A stretch of DNA of 64,000 bases from an uncultured Thiopseudomonas sp. (lineage in GTDB: Bacteria; Pseudomonadota; Gammaproteobacteria; Pseudomonadales; Pseudomonadaceae). The stretch's first letter is position 1. Each line of letters opens with the position of its first letter. Shown piece after piece: positions 30,730-41,091 of this stretch. Under the pieces are notes generated by a model. That model was not told where the DNA came from. It ran no database searches and saw only the letters and a program-made list of their open reading frames with translations. The translations under genes were made by a program, and so were the position numbers. The stretch is from positions 3,327 through 67,326 of the forward strand of contig CAZEZR010000002.1 of the NCBI GenBank assembly GCA_964516465.1, in the 5' to 3' direction.

Positions 30730-30801
30730 TCATAACGCTTTGCTCAGCGATGAACTGTGAGCGCAACGCATGATCTTTCTGCGTACAGAAGAGTATTAAT
30801 C
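30730..30801 (-). mobile_element. Degenerate attC-like site upstream of dps (only the right half is clear)
   Basis: Minus strand ends GCTGAGC-AAAGC-GTTATGA ~35 nt before the dps ATG; begins at the stop of the upstream gene. Confidence 0.45.
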
Positions 30802-31404
30802 TTAACTGGTTTTGCAGGCAACAACCTGAACGACTGCACTTTCACCTTGATGGTACTTACCTTCAGAGATATGTCGCTCTACTTCAGCACCCACTACAAA
30901 GTCCAAGCCGTTAAGTTCAGATTCTAACTCATCAAGGGACATAAACAATTGCTTTTGTGACGCGGGCGGACCACCCACTCCAGCGGTTTCAATTTGACGC
31001 TCTGTGTAAGCCTCTAAAATAAACACGCCGCCCTTGTTTAAAGCCTTTACCACCTGCTTGTGCAGGTCTTTACGTAACTGCGCTGGCACATGGGCTGCTA
31101 TAGACACAATGCCATCCCAAGCCTCAGCAGCCACATCATAATCAGCCAAGTCAGCCACCACCGTAGTGATTTCTACACCATTCTTAGCCGCAAATTCCTG
31201 TGCTTTTTCTAAGCCCACTGCTGATTGATCCACTGCAGTGGCGACATAGCCCTGCTGAGCCAAAAAAACCGCATTGCGACCTTCACCCTCTGCTAAACAA
31301 AGGACTTTGCCTCCTTTGGGAATTCTAGAATACTCTGACTGCAGAAAATCATTTGGCTCAGTGCCGTAAGCAAATCCTTCTTCTTGATATCGCTGGTCCC
31401 ACAT
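30802..31404 (-). CDS. Class I SAM-dependent methyltransferase (TehB-like)
   Basis: MWDQRY...YGTEPNDFL, LCLAEGEGRNAVFLA, GGP. Confidence 0.9.
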   Translation of the reverse strand: MWDQRYQEEGFAYGTEPNDFLQSEYSRIPKGGKVLCLAEGEGRNAVFLAQQGYVATAVDQSAVGLEKAQEFAAKNGVEITTVVADLADYDVAAEAWDGIVSIAAHVPAQLRKDLHKQVVKALNKGGVFILEAYTERQIETAGVGGPPASQKQLFMSLDELESELNGLDFVVGAEVERHISEGKYHQGESAVVQVVACKTS

Positions 31405-31488
31405 CTTGCAGCTACCTCTTTATGTATTAACTCACGTGCGCTCAGTTGCACTTATTAACCCTAGGAAAATGCTATGAGCTTCTTTAAA

Positions 31489-32703
31489 TTACAGTAGTGC
31501 GCCATTAACAATGGCCCGTAACTCCTGACGGATTGGATAGGAGGACGAAGGAACCAATTGTGTCATAAAGATCATCACCAGCTCCTCAACCGGATCAATG
31601 TAAAAGTTAGTGCTCGCCATACCGCCCCAACCGTACTCCCCCACAGAACCGTTGACTTGCGACTTGGCCACATCAGTTTTAACCGAAAAACCCAAGCCAA
31701 AACCAGTTCCAGCATAGGGTGTCTCGCTGAACGAGCCCACCGATAGGCCGGGCAAATCCTGATTACCTGGCAAGTGGTTGCTGCGCATAAACTCTAACGT
31801 TTTGCGACCAATAATCCGCTGTCCTCTAAATTCACCGCCCTGGCAAAGGGCTTGGGCAAAATGGTAATAGTCATCAATGGTCGACACCAAACCACCGCCG
31901 CCCGAGAGAAACTCACTTTTGTTTCGATAAGGTGACAACTGCGGATCATCAAGCAGCGTGAACTGATCTTCCGGCCGGTACTGATAACAGGCAGAAAAAC
32001 GATCCAGTTGCGCGTCACTGACCTGAAAACCGGTATCCGGCATATCCAGTGGGGTAAAGATATGCTCACGCAGATACTCATCCAGTGGTTGATCGGCCAG
32101 CAACTGCACCAAGTACCCCAACACATCCGTGCTGACGGAATAGTTCCAGGCGCTACCTGGTGAGAACTCCAATGGTAATTTTGCCAGCTGATTGACCATT
32201 TCTTCCAGCGTCAGGCTCTGACTGCCATCAAAGCCTAACTCTCGGTAAGCTGCATCAACGTTGGTGCGGTGCATAAATCCGTAGGTCAAACCTGACATAT
32301 GCGTGAACAAGTCACGAATGGTCATGGTGCTGGCGGCAGGAGTGGTGAGGAAGTTCGGATAGATACCACTTTGATACACCCGCTGATTTTTCCAAGCCGG
32401 AATATACTTGTGGACTGGATCATCCAGCAAAAACCGTCCTTGTTCATACAACTGCATCATTGCGATAGAGGTGATGGGCTTGGTCATGGAGTAAATGCGG
32501 AAAATAGTATCCCGTTGCACTGCCTTATTGCGTTCTACATCCATCAGCCCTTGGGCTTTAACGTAGGCAATTTCTCCGCGCCGGGCCACCAATGTCAGTG
32601 CGCCAGGAAATTTTCCGGGCTGGATATAACTGCGATCTAGATGCTGTTCAATGTTGAGCAGTTGATCCGCGGCAAAACCGGTTATTTGTTTGAGTTCTGT
32701 CAT
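31489..32703 (-). CDS. Serine hydrolase, beta-lactamase/class C esterase fold
   Basis: SMTK (SxxK), [17 protein letters not shown]. Confidence 0.9.
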   Translation of the reverse strand: MTELKQITGFAADQLLNIEQHLDRSYIQPGKFPGALTLVARRGEIAYVKAQGLMDVERNKAVQRDTIFRIYSMTKPITSIAMMQLYEQGRFLLDDPVHKYIPAWKNQRVYQSGIYPNFLTTPAASTMTIRDLFTHMSGLTYGFMHRTNVDAAYRELGFDGSQSLTLEEMVNQLAKLPLEFSPGSAWNYSVSTDVLGYLVQLLADQPLDEYLREHIFTPLDMPDTGFQVSDAQLDRFSACYQYRPEDQFTLLDDPQLSPYRNKSEFLSGGGGLVSTIDDYYHFAQALCQGGEFRGQRIIGRKTLEFMRSNHLPGNQDLPGLSVGSFSETPYAGTGFGLGFSVKTDVAKSQVNGSVGEYGWGGMASTNFYIDPVEELVMIFMTQLVPSSSYPIRQELRAIVNGALL

Positions 32704-32929
32704 AGAGCGGGCCCCTGTTATTCAATGCCTGAGCCTTAAACCAGAAAAGACGATACATTATAGGCGGATCAAGCAGCATAATTTGATAAGTGTGGACGAA
32801 CTGTAGGTCAGTAATTAAGCTGGGTGCAGGTGGCAAAGACAGCACTGTTGGCCTCCTTTACCACCCTAGTAATGGGTAAGACAATGATCTCGCGCCTGAC
32901 TCTCAGTGGCCCGATGGCGACTTTTCACT

Positions 32930-33205
32930 TTAGCTGTCTTTGCCACCCTTAGTTTTATCCTCTTTTTTCTCTGCGGCCATATTAGCAAAACGAGAAAAGA
33001 ACTCCTGTACCTGATCCATACCCTGTATACCCATGGGCATAATGCGTTTCATAAACAATTCAGGATCGCTCATTTCCTCAATGTAAGTATTCATTTTATC
33101 CTGCATTTTACCCATCATTTCTTTTTGCATGGGTTCGACATCTGGCAGGCCCATCACTTTTCTGACTTCTTCTGGGGTCATTTCCATCTGGATATTTATC
33201 TTCAT
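32930..33205 (-). CDS. DUF6489-like small protein
   Basis: MKINIQMEMTPEEVRKVMGLPDVEPMQ N-terminus; AAAGG RBS region. Confidence 0.7.
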   Translation of the reverse strand: MKINIQMEMTPEEVRKVMGLPDVEPMQKEMMGKMQDKMNTYIEEMSDPELFMKRIMPMGIQGMDQVQEFFSRFANMAAEKKEDKTKGGKDS

Positions 33206-33448
33206 CAAGATCACCTTTTATTTTAGATTAGGGCTCTAGCATTTAACTTAACAGGTTATCGCAAAAATAACGCACCGGTCTGCACAAATCACCCTATAAC
33301 AACCGTCTTAGCAAACATCAGTTACCGTTCTGCAACTTGGCGGTCTACAGTTCTAAGCTGTTTGATTAGAAGCGACAACACATCTAGTTTTACCTAAAAA
33401 ACACCCCAGTGCTAGACTACAAACTTCCCCACACCACTAGGACAAATA

Positions 33449-33919
33449 ATGAAATTTGTTATTTTAGCTGTCGCCATTGCACTCGCCGCCTTTTACTTTG
33501 TTAAGAGCTCAAACAGTAAGAAGGCAGCGCTGGAAAATATCGAGATCGGTCAAGCCTTTTTAGCAACCAATAAAGCCAACGAAGATGTACTGGAAACAGC
33601 TTCAGGCTTGCAATATAAAATATTGAAAAAGGGCCAAGGCAGTGTTCACCCAACTGCCAACTCAACCGTTAAAGTGCACTACCATGGCTCTTTGTTGGAC
33701 GGTACTGTGTTTGATAGCTCAGTAGAGCGTAATGAACCCATCAGTTTCCCGTTAAATCGAGTGATAAAAGGCTGGACTGAAGGTGTGCAATTAATGGTGG
33801 TTGGTGACACCTTTAAGTTTTTCATTCCCGCTGATTTAGCCTATGGCGACAGTGCAGCAGGGACAATAAAACCGGACTCTTTACTTATTTTTGACGTGGA
33901 GCTGTTGGAAATCCAATAA
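33449..33919 (+). CDS. FKBP-type peptidyl-prolyl isomerase with N-terminal anchor
   Basis: TASGLQY, VKVHYHG, VFDSSVER, VIKGWTEG, IPADLAYG, LIFDVELL. Confidence 0.94.
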   Translation: MKFVILAVAIALAAFYFVKSSNSKKAALENIEIGQAFLATNKANEDVLETASGLQYKILKKGQGSVHPTANSTVKVHYHGSLLDGTVFDSSVERNEPISFPLNRVIKGWTEGVQLMVVGDTFKFFIPADLAYGDSAAGTIKPDSLLIFDVELLEIQ

Positions 33920-33926
33920 TATAAGC

Positions 33927-33978
33927 ACTGCACTCGGCGCTGGCAATGAAGCACAATAAAATTGCCGCCGAGTGCAGT
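33927..33978. terminator. Long hairpin between convergent genes
   Basis: ACTGCACTCGGC..GGCAAT ... ATTGCC-GCCGAGTGCAGT. Confidence 0.6.
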
Positions 33979-34057
33979 CTAGCAACCGAGCTATAGCCCG
34001 TACGCAGCTCCTGCTAGGCTATACCCCAAGCGCTAGGCTTAGGTGTTACCTCGACTA

Positions 34058-34228
34058 CTAGTCTTTTTTATCGATAGTTATTTCAATTATTTTACTCGCT
34101 CCGGCAAACCATTTCTGCACATACAAAGTTCCCACTACAGGTGCTGTACCTTCAGTAGGCACTTCCTTGTAACGGACACTGTTTTTGGTTTCTTTTTCGT
34201 ACTCAAACATCACGACTTTTTTCGACAT
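34058..34228 (-). CDS. 56-aa hypothetical protein not in the ORF track
   Basis: GAGGA RBS then ATG; translates MSKKVVMFEYEKETKNSVRYKEVPTEGTAPVVGTLYVQKWFAGASKIIEITIDKKD*. Confidence 0.8.
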   Translation of the reverse strand: MSKKVVMFEYEKETKNSVRYKEVPTEGTAPVVGTLYVQKWFAGASKIIEITIDKKD

Positions 34229-34432
34229 TAGATTTCCTCAATCAAGGCTTTGCTGAGCTAAAAATTGCACACCAGCTTATAACCAACAGCGCTTGCTGCT
34301 CATCACTGGCAGCCAATCTAAACATAAAAGACAACGGTGCACGAGCTGGCTTAAATTAAATCTATCGCCGCGCTGTGCTGCGTTAATTATGCGTGATTTT
34401 TAACAGCTCACTACTGCTTAATTTAAGCAGCA

Positions 34433-35092
34433 TCAATGGCTGTTTTGTGGAAACACCACCAACTCATCACCTGCCTGCCAAGGCTGATACTTAAACATAA
34501 TCAGCAAGAACGCTGGATGCTCCAGCCAGCCCGTAAGCCACTGCTGTAGATGCGGATACGGCAGATTATAAAACACCTCTCGATCGACATGAGCAAACTG
34601 ACGAACAAAGGGCATGATGCCGATATCAGCCATACTGATCTTATCACCCAGCAGATAGGTATTTTTGCCGAGCAACTCTTCCAATACCTGCAAAAACACT
34701 TCGCCCTTTTCGCGGTACTCAAGCTGAGTACACTCTGGATGGCGGTCGGCATATTTATAGCGATCCAGCCAGTGTTTAAACTTATAATCGTTCTGCTCGA
34801 TCAGTGCATTAGCGTGAGCTACATCGGTATTTAACAAGCCATGAGGATCATTCTGCGCCAGCGCCCACTCCAGAATTTCGCGACTTTCTTCGATCACTCG
34901 CTCATCGCTGCCAGCCAGCTGCAACACAGGTACAGTGCCCTTAGGGCTGATCGCTAACATCTGTGCGGGCTTGTTTCTCAATACAATCTCCCGCAACTCA
35001 ACCTGCAGTTCGGCAAACACAATCCCAAGACGTGCGCGCATGGCATAAGGACAACGACGAAAAGAGTACAAACGAGGCAAAGAGACAGGCAT
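34433..35092 (-). CDS. Glutathione S-transferase family protein
   Basis: LYSFRRCPYAMRAR, SPKGTVPVL, EES, PFVRQFAHVD. Confidence 0.9.
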   Translation of the reverse strand: MPVSLPRLYSFRRCPYAMRARLGIVFAELQVELREIVLRNKPAQMLAISPKGTVPVLQLAGSDERVIEESREILEWALAQNDPHGLLNTDVAHANALIEQNDYKFKHWLDRYKYADRHPECTQLEYREKGEVFLQVLEELLGKNTYLLGDKISMADIGIMPFVRQFAHVDREVFYNLPYPHLQQWLTGWLEHPAFLLIMFKYQPWQAGDELVVFPQNSH

Positions 35093-35211
35093 AACGTGCT
35101 TCCTAGCTAAATTAAAGGCAGCACTGACTATAACGGATTTTGTTTAGATCTGGGGAGGCGCTCACCAAAAGCTGGAAGCTTAATGGTGAGCAACAGTACG
35201 CCTCAGAAAAC

Positions 35212-35838
35212 TTATTGCTCTGATTGCACAGCACTATAACTATTCATCAGGTTTCGATAATCAGGAATATGCTTTGAAAACAAGTTACCCAGTCCCTCCA
35301 CATCATTACGCCAGTCACGATGAAGCTCACAGGCAAGACCAAACCACGTCATCAATTGCACTCCTGCGGCTGACATGCGGTCCCAAGCAGCATCCCGAGT
35401 TAACGCATTAAAGGTGCCCGAAGCGTCTGTCACCACAAAGACTTCAAACCCCTCCTCAATTGCCGATAGTGCTGGAAATGCTACACACACCTCAGTCACC
35501 ACACCGGCAATAATTAATTGCTTTTTACCCGTTGCCTTAACTGCTTGAACAAAGTCTTCATTGTCCCAAGCATTGATTTGACCAGGGCGCGCAATATAAG
35601 GTGAACCAGCGAACATCTCCTTGAGTTCAGGCACTAAAGGACCGTTGGGCCCCTGCTCAAAGCTCGTGGTTAATATAGTGGGTAGCTCAAAATACTCAGC
35701 ACAGTCGGCAAGAGCTAACACGTTGGTTTTAAATTTATCTGGATCGATATCACGAACCAGCGATAACAGTCCGGTTTGATGATCAACCAAGAGTACGGCT
35801 GCATCATTTTTATCTAAGCGAACATACGGCTTACTCAT
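35212..35838 (-). CDS. ycaC: Isochorismatase-family cysteine hydrolase YcaC
   Basis: LLVDHQTGL, TTSFEQGPNGP, RPGQINAWD, GVVTEVCVAFPALSA, ELHRDWR. Confidence 0.92.
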   Translation of the reverse strand: MSKPYVRLDKNDAAVLLVDHQTGLLSLVRDIDPDKFKTNVLALADCAEYFELPTILTTSFEQGPNGPLVPELKEMFAGSPYIARPGQINAWDNEDFVQAVKATGKKQLIIAGVVTEVCVAFPALSAIEEGFEVFVVTDASGTFNALTRDAAWDRMSAAGVQLMTWFGLACELHRDWRNDVEGLGNLFSKHIPDYRNLMNSYSAVQSEQ

Positions 35839-35968
35839 CGTCTATCTCCTGTGCCAGGTTTGTGCGCTGCACTGGCTGGGTTTAGAAATGTTCCTAAATA
35901 GATTTTAAGTCGCTAAATCTCCCTGTTTAAAATCAGTGTTTTGCTAGTTTATTTCTGCCTGATGAGTC

Positions 35969-36200
35969 TGGAATAACTCATCATTTAATCGGAAAGCTGG
36001 CCGTTTCCAGTGAGTCATCTGCTTGGATTTTAGCGAGACCCTTTTCCGAATAAACTGTTTACCTTTCATGCAAAGTTTTTGGAATTCGCCCCTCACCAAC
36101 TTTGCTTTTATGGGCTCGATCATTGTTGTAATATTTTCTCCACACGTCCAGAGCTTTCTGCAATTTCTCTAGCGCTGAATACACGCTCTCAGAAAAGTGT
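35969..36200 (-). pseudogene. Decayed IS481-family transposase 3' end with possible terminal repeat
   Basis: Minus strand VYSALEKLQKALDVWRKYYNNDRAHKSKVGEGRIP.TL, then frameshifted GKQ..SEKGLAKI; resembles the integrase-core C-terminus (YN..R.H...GRTP). Confidence 0.65.
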
Positions 36201-36204
36201 TCTG

Positions 36205-37317
36205 CTACTGCAACTGCCACAACTGACCTGAATCAGTGGCAATCCAAATGCGGCCTTGCGAATCTTCGAGCAAGGCGCGCAAGCGTTCTTTCTCATGCTC
36301 TAAATAGCGTTTTTCTTGCGTCACCTGCTCACCATCCATCAGCAAACGATTAAGGTGCTGCAGTTTCAGCGCACCCAGTAAAAAATCACCTTGCCACCCA
36401 TAGCGACTGTGCTTAACGGCCAGCAAACTGCCAGGCGCAATGGACGGAATATATACTTTCTTAGGGTCAATCATCCCGGGTTTAGAGTTCACGCCTACAG
36501 CCACCGGCCCCCAATACTCTTTGCCCAAAGACACCTCAGGCCAGCCGTAATTGCCGCCCTTCTCGATCAGATTCAATTCATCGCCGCCACGCGGTCCATG
36601 CTCGCTTGCCCACAACTGTCTTTGGCGCACCGCCAAGCCTTGTGGATTACGGTGACCGTAACTCCATATTTCTGGCAACGCATCATTGCGACCAACAAAA
36701 GGGTTATCGTGCGGCACACGGCCATCACGGTGCAGCCGCATAATAGTTCCCGCATGAGTCGTGAGGTCTTGACCGTTGGCTCGATGACCACGATCACCCA
36801 CACCGAAAAATACATAATCACCCATAAAGGCAATACGGCTGCCAAAATGTTGGCCGTCAGTACTGGCAGACTGGCTGACCAACAAGGTTTGCCAATCCTG
36901 CAAAGCCGATAAAGATGCATTCAATTTTGCTCGGCCTAACGCCGTTGCGCCTAAACCTTTCTTGCCGCCCTTTGCAACCGGTGCCACATAGGTAAAGTAA
37001 ATCCAACCCGCCTGTTGATCACCTGGTTTATAATCCGGCGGCACAGCGACATCCAATAAACCGCCCTGCCCCATAACCACCACCTGCGGCGCCCCACTCA
37101 CAGGTGTTTGCGCCCCCGACTCCATATCAAACAGCAGCAACGATCCACCCTTCTGCGTAATCAATAGATGCTGATCCGATACCTGCGCCATACCCCAGGG
37201 CTGGTTCAAGCCCTGCGCCAGCAAAGCAGCTTTGGGCGATACTTCAGCACTTGCGCCCATGCTAAAAAGGGACAAGAGCATAAGTACAATCAAATGGAGT
37301 CTAGTTATAAAATGCAT
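36205..37317 (-). CDS. PQQ-dependent sugar dehydrogenase (YliI/Asd family), exported
   Basis: Signal peptide, PWGMA, GQGGLLDV, HFGSRI, SYGHRNPQG, EHGPRGGDELN, NYGWP; probable ATG 37317. Confidence 0.92.
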   Translation of the reverse strand: MHFITRLHLIVLMLLSLFSMGASAEVSPKAALLAQGLNQPWGMAQVSDQHLLITQKGGSLLLFDMESGAQTPVSGAPQVVVMGQGGLLDVAVPPDYKPGDQQAGWIYFTYVAPVAKGGKKGLGATALGRAKLNASLSALQDWQTLLVSQSASTDGQHFGSRIAFMGDYVFFGVGDRGHRANGQDLTTHAGTIMRLHRDGRVPHDNPFVGRNDALPEIWSYGHRNPQGLAVRQRQLWASEHGPRGGDELNLIEKGGNYGWPEVSLGKEYWGPVAVGVNSKPGMIDPKKVYIPSIAPGSLLAVKHSRYGWQGDFLLGALKLQHLNRLLMDGEQVTQEKRYLEHEKERLRALLEDSQGRIWIATDSGQLWQLQ

Positions 37318-37544
37318 GGGCAAACCTTGTACGAGTTTAAGAGGGCTAAAAACACGGTCACGTTGATATTTCGACACTAAAAGAGCAGCTATTTATCTCT
37401 AGATTAAAGGGAATCATGCACTTTTACAGGGAGTGCTTTAGCATGGGTGTCAGAACAAAGGATGGCCGCCAAGCGTGTAGGTATACTTGTGATTGGTAAA
37501 AGCGTCACTGAGTCGACCTCTGTGATGACGCCGACTACAGTAGC

Positions 37545-38417
37545 TCATTCTACCGACTGATCGGCGGCGCAGCGATCTTCATAGGTCGCCATTAATGTTC
37601 GTGCGCTGCCATCAAGTACACCGAGGTTGTACCCCTGCGGATCATTGGCCAAGAGTTCATGCAGAGCTTCTGCCGGTAGTTGGGCCGCCGGACAGCCCGT
37701 TCTGTTGGACATCTCTACAAACAACCAGTGAAAAGCGACCTTAGCCCAAAGCTGTTGCTTGCCCGCCTCGGACTCTAGTGCGCTGGCGTGTTTTAAAGCG
37801 CTTTTAAACAGCTCGCGGGCCTTTTTGAGGTTTTGCTTAGGCCCTGCGGCCCCATACAAACTGGCTCGAAAGCGGTCGAGATCAGAGCTTTCGATTGGAC
37901 CTGCGGCCTTTACATTCTCAAGTACTGCGATCGCATCGTTTTGCCGCTGCTGCAACTGCAGTTCTTCGGCCAGTAGAATGGTTTCCTTTTTGGTGAAATA
38001 AGCAGGCTGCTGTTGCCAATAGTGAAAGCTTTCTTGCACCAGTCGATCCCTACGGCCCTGCTTTGCTTCCACCAACGCAGCAATCTCGGAATCTTCCCCA
38101 CGCGCTTGCATTATAAACAGCTCTTTACGGAGGTCTTGCAGCTCTTCGAGTCTATTTTGCGCTGTGCTAACTGTTGCTGCATCAAGTCGCTGCAACTTGA
38201 GCCACACACCGTCATAAAATGCAAAAAGCACAGCTAAAAAAGCTGCTGGAATTCCTATTAAAGTGCTAAATTCTTGGAAAGTCTGCGGCTTATACCAAGG
38301 AGGTTTAGGTTGTTTTAGTGAGCTAATATCTTGCTCAAGACGGTCGATACGTTTGGCCGTTTCATCAAGCCGTGCCACAAGTTGCTTAACGAGTTCATCG
38401 CTGTTTAGCTTTTCCAT
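37545..38417 (-). CDS. Hypothetical protein: N-terminal coiled coil, one TM helix, helical-repeat-like C-terminal domain
   Basis: 290-aa open frame from ATG 38417; heptad-rich N-terminus, hydrophobic LIGIPAAFLAVLFAFY. Confidence 0.7.
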   Translation of the reverse strand: MEKLNSDELVKQLVARLDETAKRIDRLEQDISSLKQPKPPWYKPQTFQEFSTLIGIPAAFLAVLFAFYDGVWLKLQRLDAATVSTAQNRLEELQDLRKELFIMQARGEDSEIAALVEAKQGRRDRLVQESFHYWQQQPAYFTKKETILLAEELQLQQRQNDAIAVLENVKAAGPIESSDLDRFRASLYGAAGPKQNLKKARELFKSALKHASALESEAGKQQLWAKVAFHWLFVEMSNRTGCPAAQLPAEALHELLANDPQGYNLGVLDGSARTLMATYEDRCAADQSVE

Positions 38418-39132
38418 AGGCTGCTCACATCCGGAGTGATACTTTACCAAAACAATCAACTCCGCTCGCAACGACTCTACGCTGTCACCAAGGTCGAGCG
38501 CAGCAAGTGGAATAACGTTACCTAACTCTGTTCTGCATTGACCTATTGCCTTGATTTAACCGATCAAAAGCCTTTTGAAACTCACTCTCTTCGTGCAATA
38601 TGATTTTCTGAATATAAGCAGTTGCACTCCGTTCGCTTATTTTTAGCTAGAGTCATACATCTTTTTTACATTTTCTGTGGTCTTGTGCAAGCTTTCATTA
38701 CGAGTGTTTTAGTCGTGAAGCACTGCAAAATAACTGTGGTTGTAATTGCGCTAGGCTATTTTATAAAAACATACTGCCGCGACGAGAGTTAGCCTGCGCT
38801 ATTAATACGCCTTATCGCATAGCACTAGCCTCTTAAAGCGTGCTCTGTAGCGCTCTACTGGTGAGCTTTTCCGATCAGCAGTCAACGCTCACCATGCCTA
38901 ACAGGAAGGGCAAAAATAGAGATCAAGCCACAAGCGGCAACACTTGTTGAGAGTTAATACATTTAATCCCTGATTAGACCGTTCGTTTTATAGTGACATA
39001 AGCATTGATAGGGGCTGGAGAGACTTACTGAGAAGTTACCAGGCACTGTAGGCAGCTGAAGAAAAACCTTAAACTCGAAAAGGTAGAACGCTCACTGTCG
39101 GCTGCAGACTCCAGACACATGAGCACAATGCG

Positions 39133-39558
39133 TTAAGCTTTGTCAGTCTTTTCTTTCTTGGTAAATGGCAAAGGGTGCACCCAGAACCAGCTTAAAAGCA
39201 CCAATAAACCAAATACGCTATAGCTCACTATAAACACCCAGTCCGGCGCTGCAAAGTACAACAGTTGCTCTAACCAATGCGCGATAAAAGAACCCGCATA
39301 GACAGCATCACCTGCTTTTGCGCGCAGTTCCATTTCCCATAAAGTGAGTGGGCAGATCATGCCTAACCATGATTGCAAAACAACAAACACAATTGCCGCT
39401 AGGTGGAGTATTCGAAACCAAGGGTTTCTTACCCATGACCATGCTAAATACCTGCCAACAAGAATGAGCAACAGCCCCACAGTAACAAACGCCACAAATA
39501 AACTATGGGTCAATAAAAGTGCATCTGCTGCTGCAAGGTACAGAGTTGGCGATGACAT
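39133..39558 (-). CDS. DUF2784-family membrane protein
   Basis: AADALLLTH.LFVAF, FRILHL, ICPLTLWEMELR, SFIAHWL. Confidence 0.85.
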   Translation of the reverse strand: MSSPTLYLAAADALLLTHSLFVAFVTVGLLLILVGRYLAWSWVRNPWFRILHLAAIVFVVLQSWLGMICPLTLWEMELRAKAGDAVYAGSFIAHWLEQLLYFAAPDWVFIVSYSVFGLLVLLSWFWVHPLPFTKKEKTDKA

Positions 39559-39683
39559 AGTGACACCTTGTGCTTGTAACGGTGGCTCAAAAACCATAAC
39601 AATACGGCAAACTTAGAGCCCTGCTAGCGATGTTTACTATGGAGTGCTGATAGCGCAAACACTTCACTTTAAACCAACTAAAG

Positions 39684-39710
39684 TGAACTGACCCCAAAAA
39701 GTTGAACTGA
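39684..39710. mobile_element. Isolated IS3-family-like terminal repeat
   Basis: TGAACTGACCCCAAAAAGTTGAAC resembles recalled IS3-group ends; no partner end or transposase nearby. Confidence 0.4.
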
Positions 39711-39786
39711 CTTTTTGTAAGGCTCAATAAAGGCAAACAATCACCCCACCGACTCGGCTGTGTAATCCAATCGGCAGGGTATGAAT

Positions 39787-41091
39787 TTAGGTGGTTGAGT
39801 AACCCAAGTACTCCGGCAACCAGAGGGCAATTTGCGGGAAGAACAACACCAGCAATAACGCACTAAACATGGTGACCATAAACAACATCGCCCAGCCAAA
39901 GGTTTCTTCGAGGCGGATATTGGCGACCTTGGTGGTGACCATCAGATTGATCGCCACTGGCGGGGTGAACTGGCCGATGGCAATATTCATCGCCAATAAA
40001 ATACCAAACCAAACCGGATTCCATTCAAAGTATTGGATTAATGGCACCAGAATGGGCGTTAAAATCAAATAGATGGAAATGGCATCCAACAACATGCCCG
40101 CCAACAACACCAGTAGCATCACTAGTAACAGCAAAACCAGTGAGCTATCAGAGATGGAAAGAATAACGTCCGCTAAGCGGGTAAAGGTGCCTAGCGTGGT
40201 GCCTGCCCAAGCAAAAATACCGGCTAATGAAATTATGATTAATACGATGCCAGAGATTTTCACGGCATCATTAAACATCTCAAGCAAACCAGTCCAATTA
40301 AGCTGCCGGTACACGAAAGCACCAATCAATAAGCCATAGGTCACAGCCACCACCGCGGCTTCAGTCGGAGTAAACAGACCAGAGCGTAAGCCACCTAAAA
40401 TAATCACCGGCGCTAATAAAGCCGGAATGGCTTTAACAAAACTGGCTCGAATCGATGGCAACTCTTCATCAGAGCTTTTCGCCGTTTCCCAACCGTTACG
40501 CTTAGCCAAGAAGTACGCCGGCACCAGCAACGATGCACCGGCTAATAAACCTGGAAACAAACCTGCGGCAAATAAGGCGCGCAAATCCAAACCCGGCATC
40601 ATCACTGAGTACAAAATCAGCGCAATGGACGGCGGAATAAGAATCGCCGTAGACGAGGCTGCGGCAATTAAAGAGGCCGAAAACGGACGCGGGTAGCCGG
40701 CTTTAGTCATGCTGGGCAACATCACCATCGCCACCGCGGCAGCATCGGCAGGGCCTGAGCCACTCATACCGCCCATAATCAAACAAACCAGTACTGCCAC
40801 CAGCGCTAAGCCGCCATGCCTGCGACCAATCAAAGATTGAGCAAAATTAACCAGACTGGCCGCCACCCCTGCCCGCTCAAAAATAATCCCGGTCAAAATA
40901 AACAGCGGAATCGCAATCAATGGGTATTTGGCAATACTGTTATAGGTGTTGGTACCCAGCGTCGCCAACATATCCGGTGATAGACCAGTGACAATAGCGG
41001 CTGCACCACCCAAACCTAAGGCAAAGGCGACCGGCATACCTATCACTAAACAGAGACCGAAAATTAACAGCATCCATAAGTCAGGGTTCAT
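39787..41091 (-). CDS. TRAP transporter large permease (DctM family)
   Basis: AIPLFILTG, SGSGPADAAA, LIPPSI, FTPTEAA, IGQFTPP. Confidence 0.95.
   Translation of the reverse strand: MNPDLWMLLIFGLCLVIGMPVAFALGLGGAAAIVTGLSPDMLATLGTNTYNSIAKYPLIAIPLFILTGIIFERAGVAASLVNFAQSLIGRRHGGLALVAVLVCLIMGGMSGSGPADAAAVAMVMLPSMTKAGYPRPFSASLIAAASSTAILIPPSIALILYSVMMPGLDLRALFAAGLFPGLLAGASLLVPAYFLAKRNGWETAKSSDEELPSIRASFVKAIPALLAPVIILGGLRSGLFTPTEAAVVAVTYGLLIGAFVYRQLNWTGLLEMFNDAVKISGIVLIIISLAGIFAWAGTTLGTFTRLADVILSISDSSLVLLLLVMLLVLLAGMLLDAISIYLILTPILVPLIQYFEWNPVWFGILLAMNIAIGQFTPPVAINLMVTTKVANIRLEETFGWAMLFMVTMFSALLLVLFFPQIALWLPEYLGYSTT

Noticed and set aside
31489-32703. Antibiotic-resistance beta-lactamase
   Set aside because: No signal peptide; motif layout fits cytoplasmic family VIII esterase-like hydrolases.
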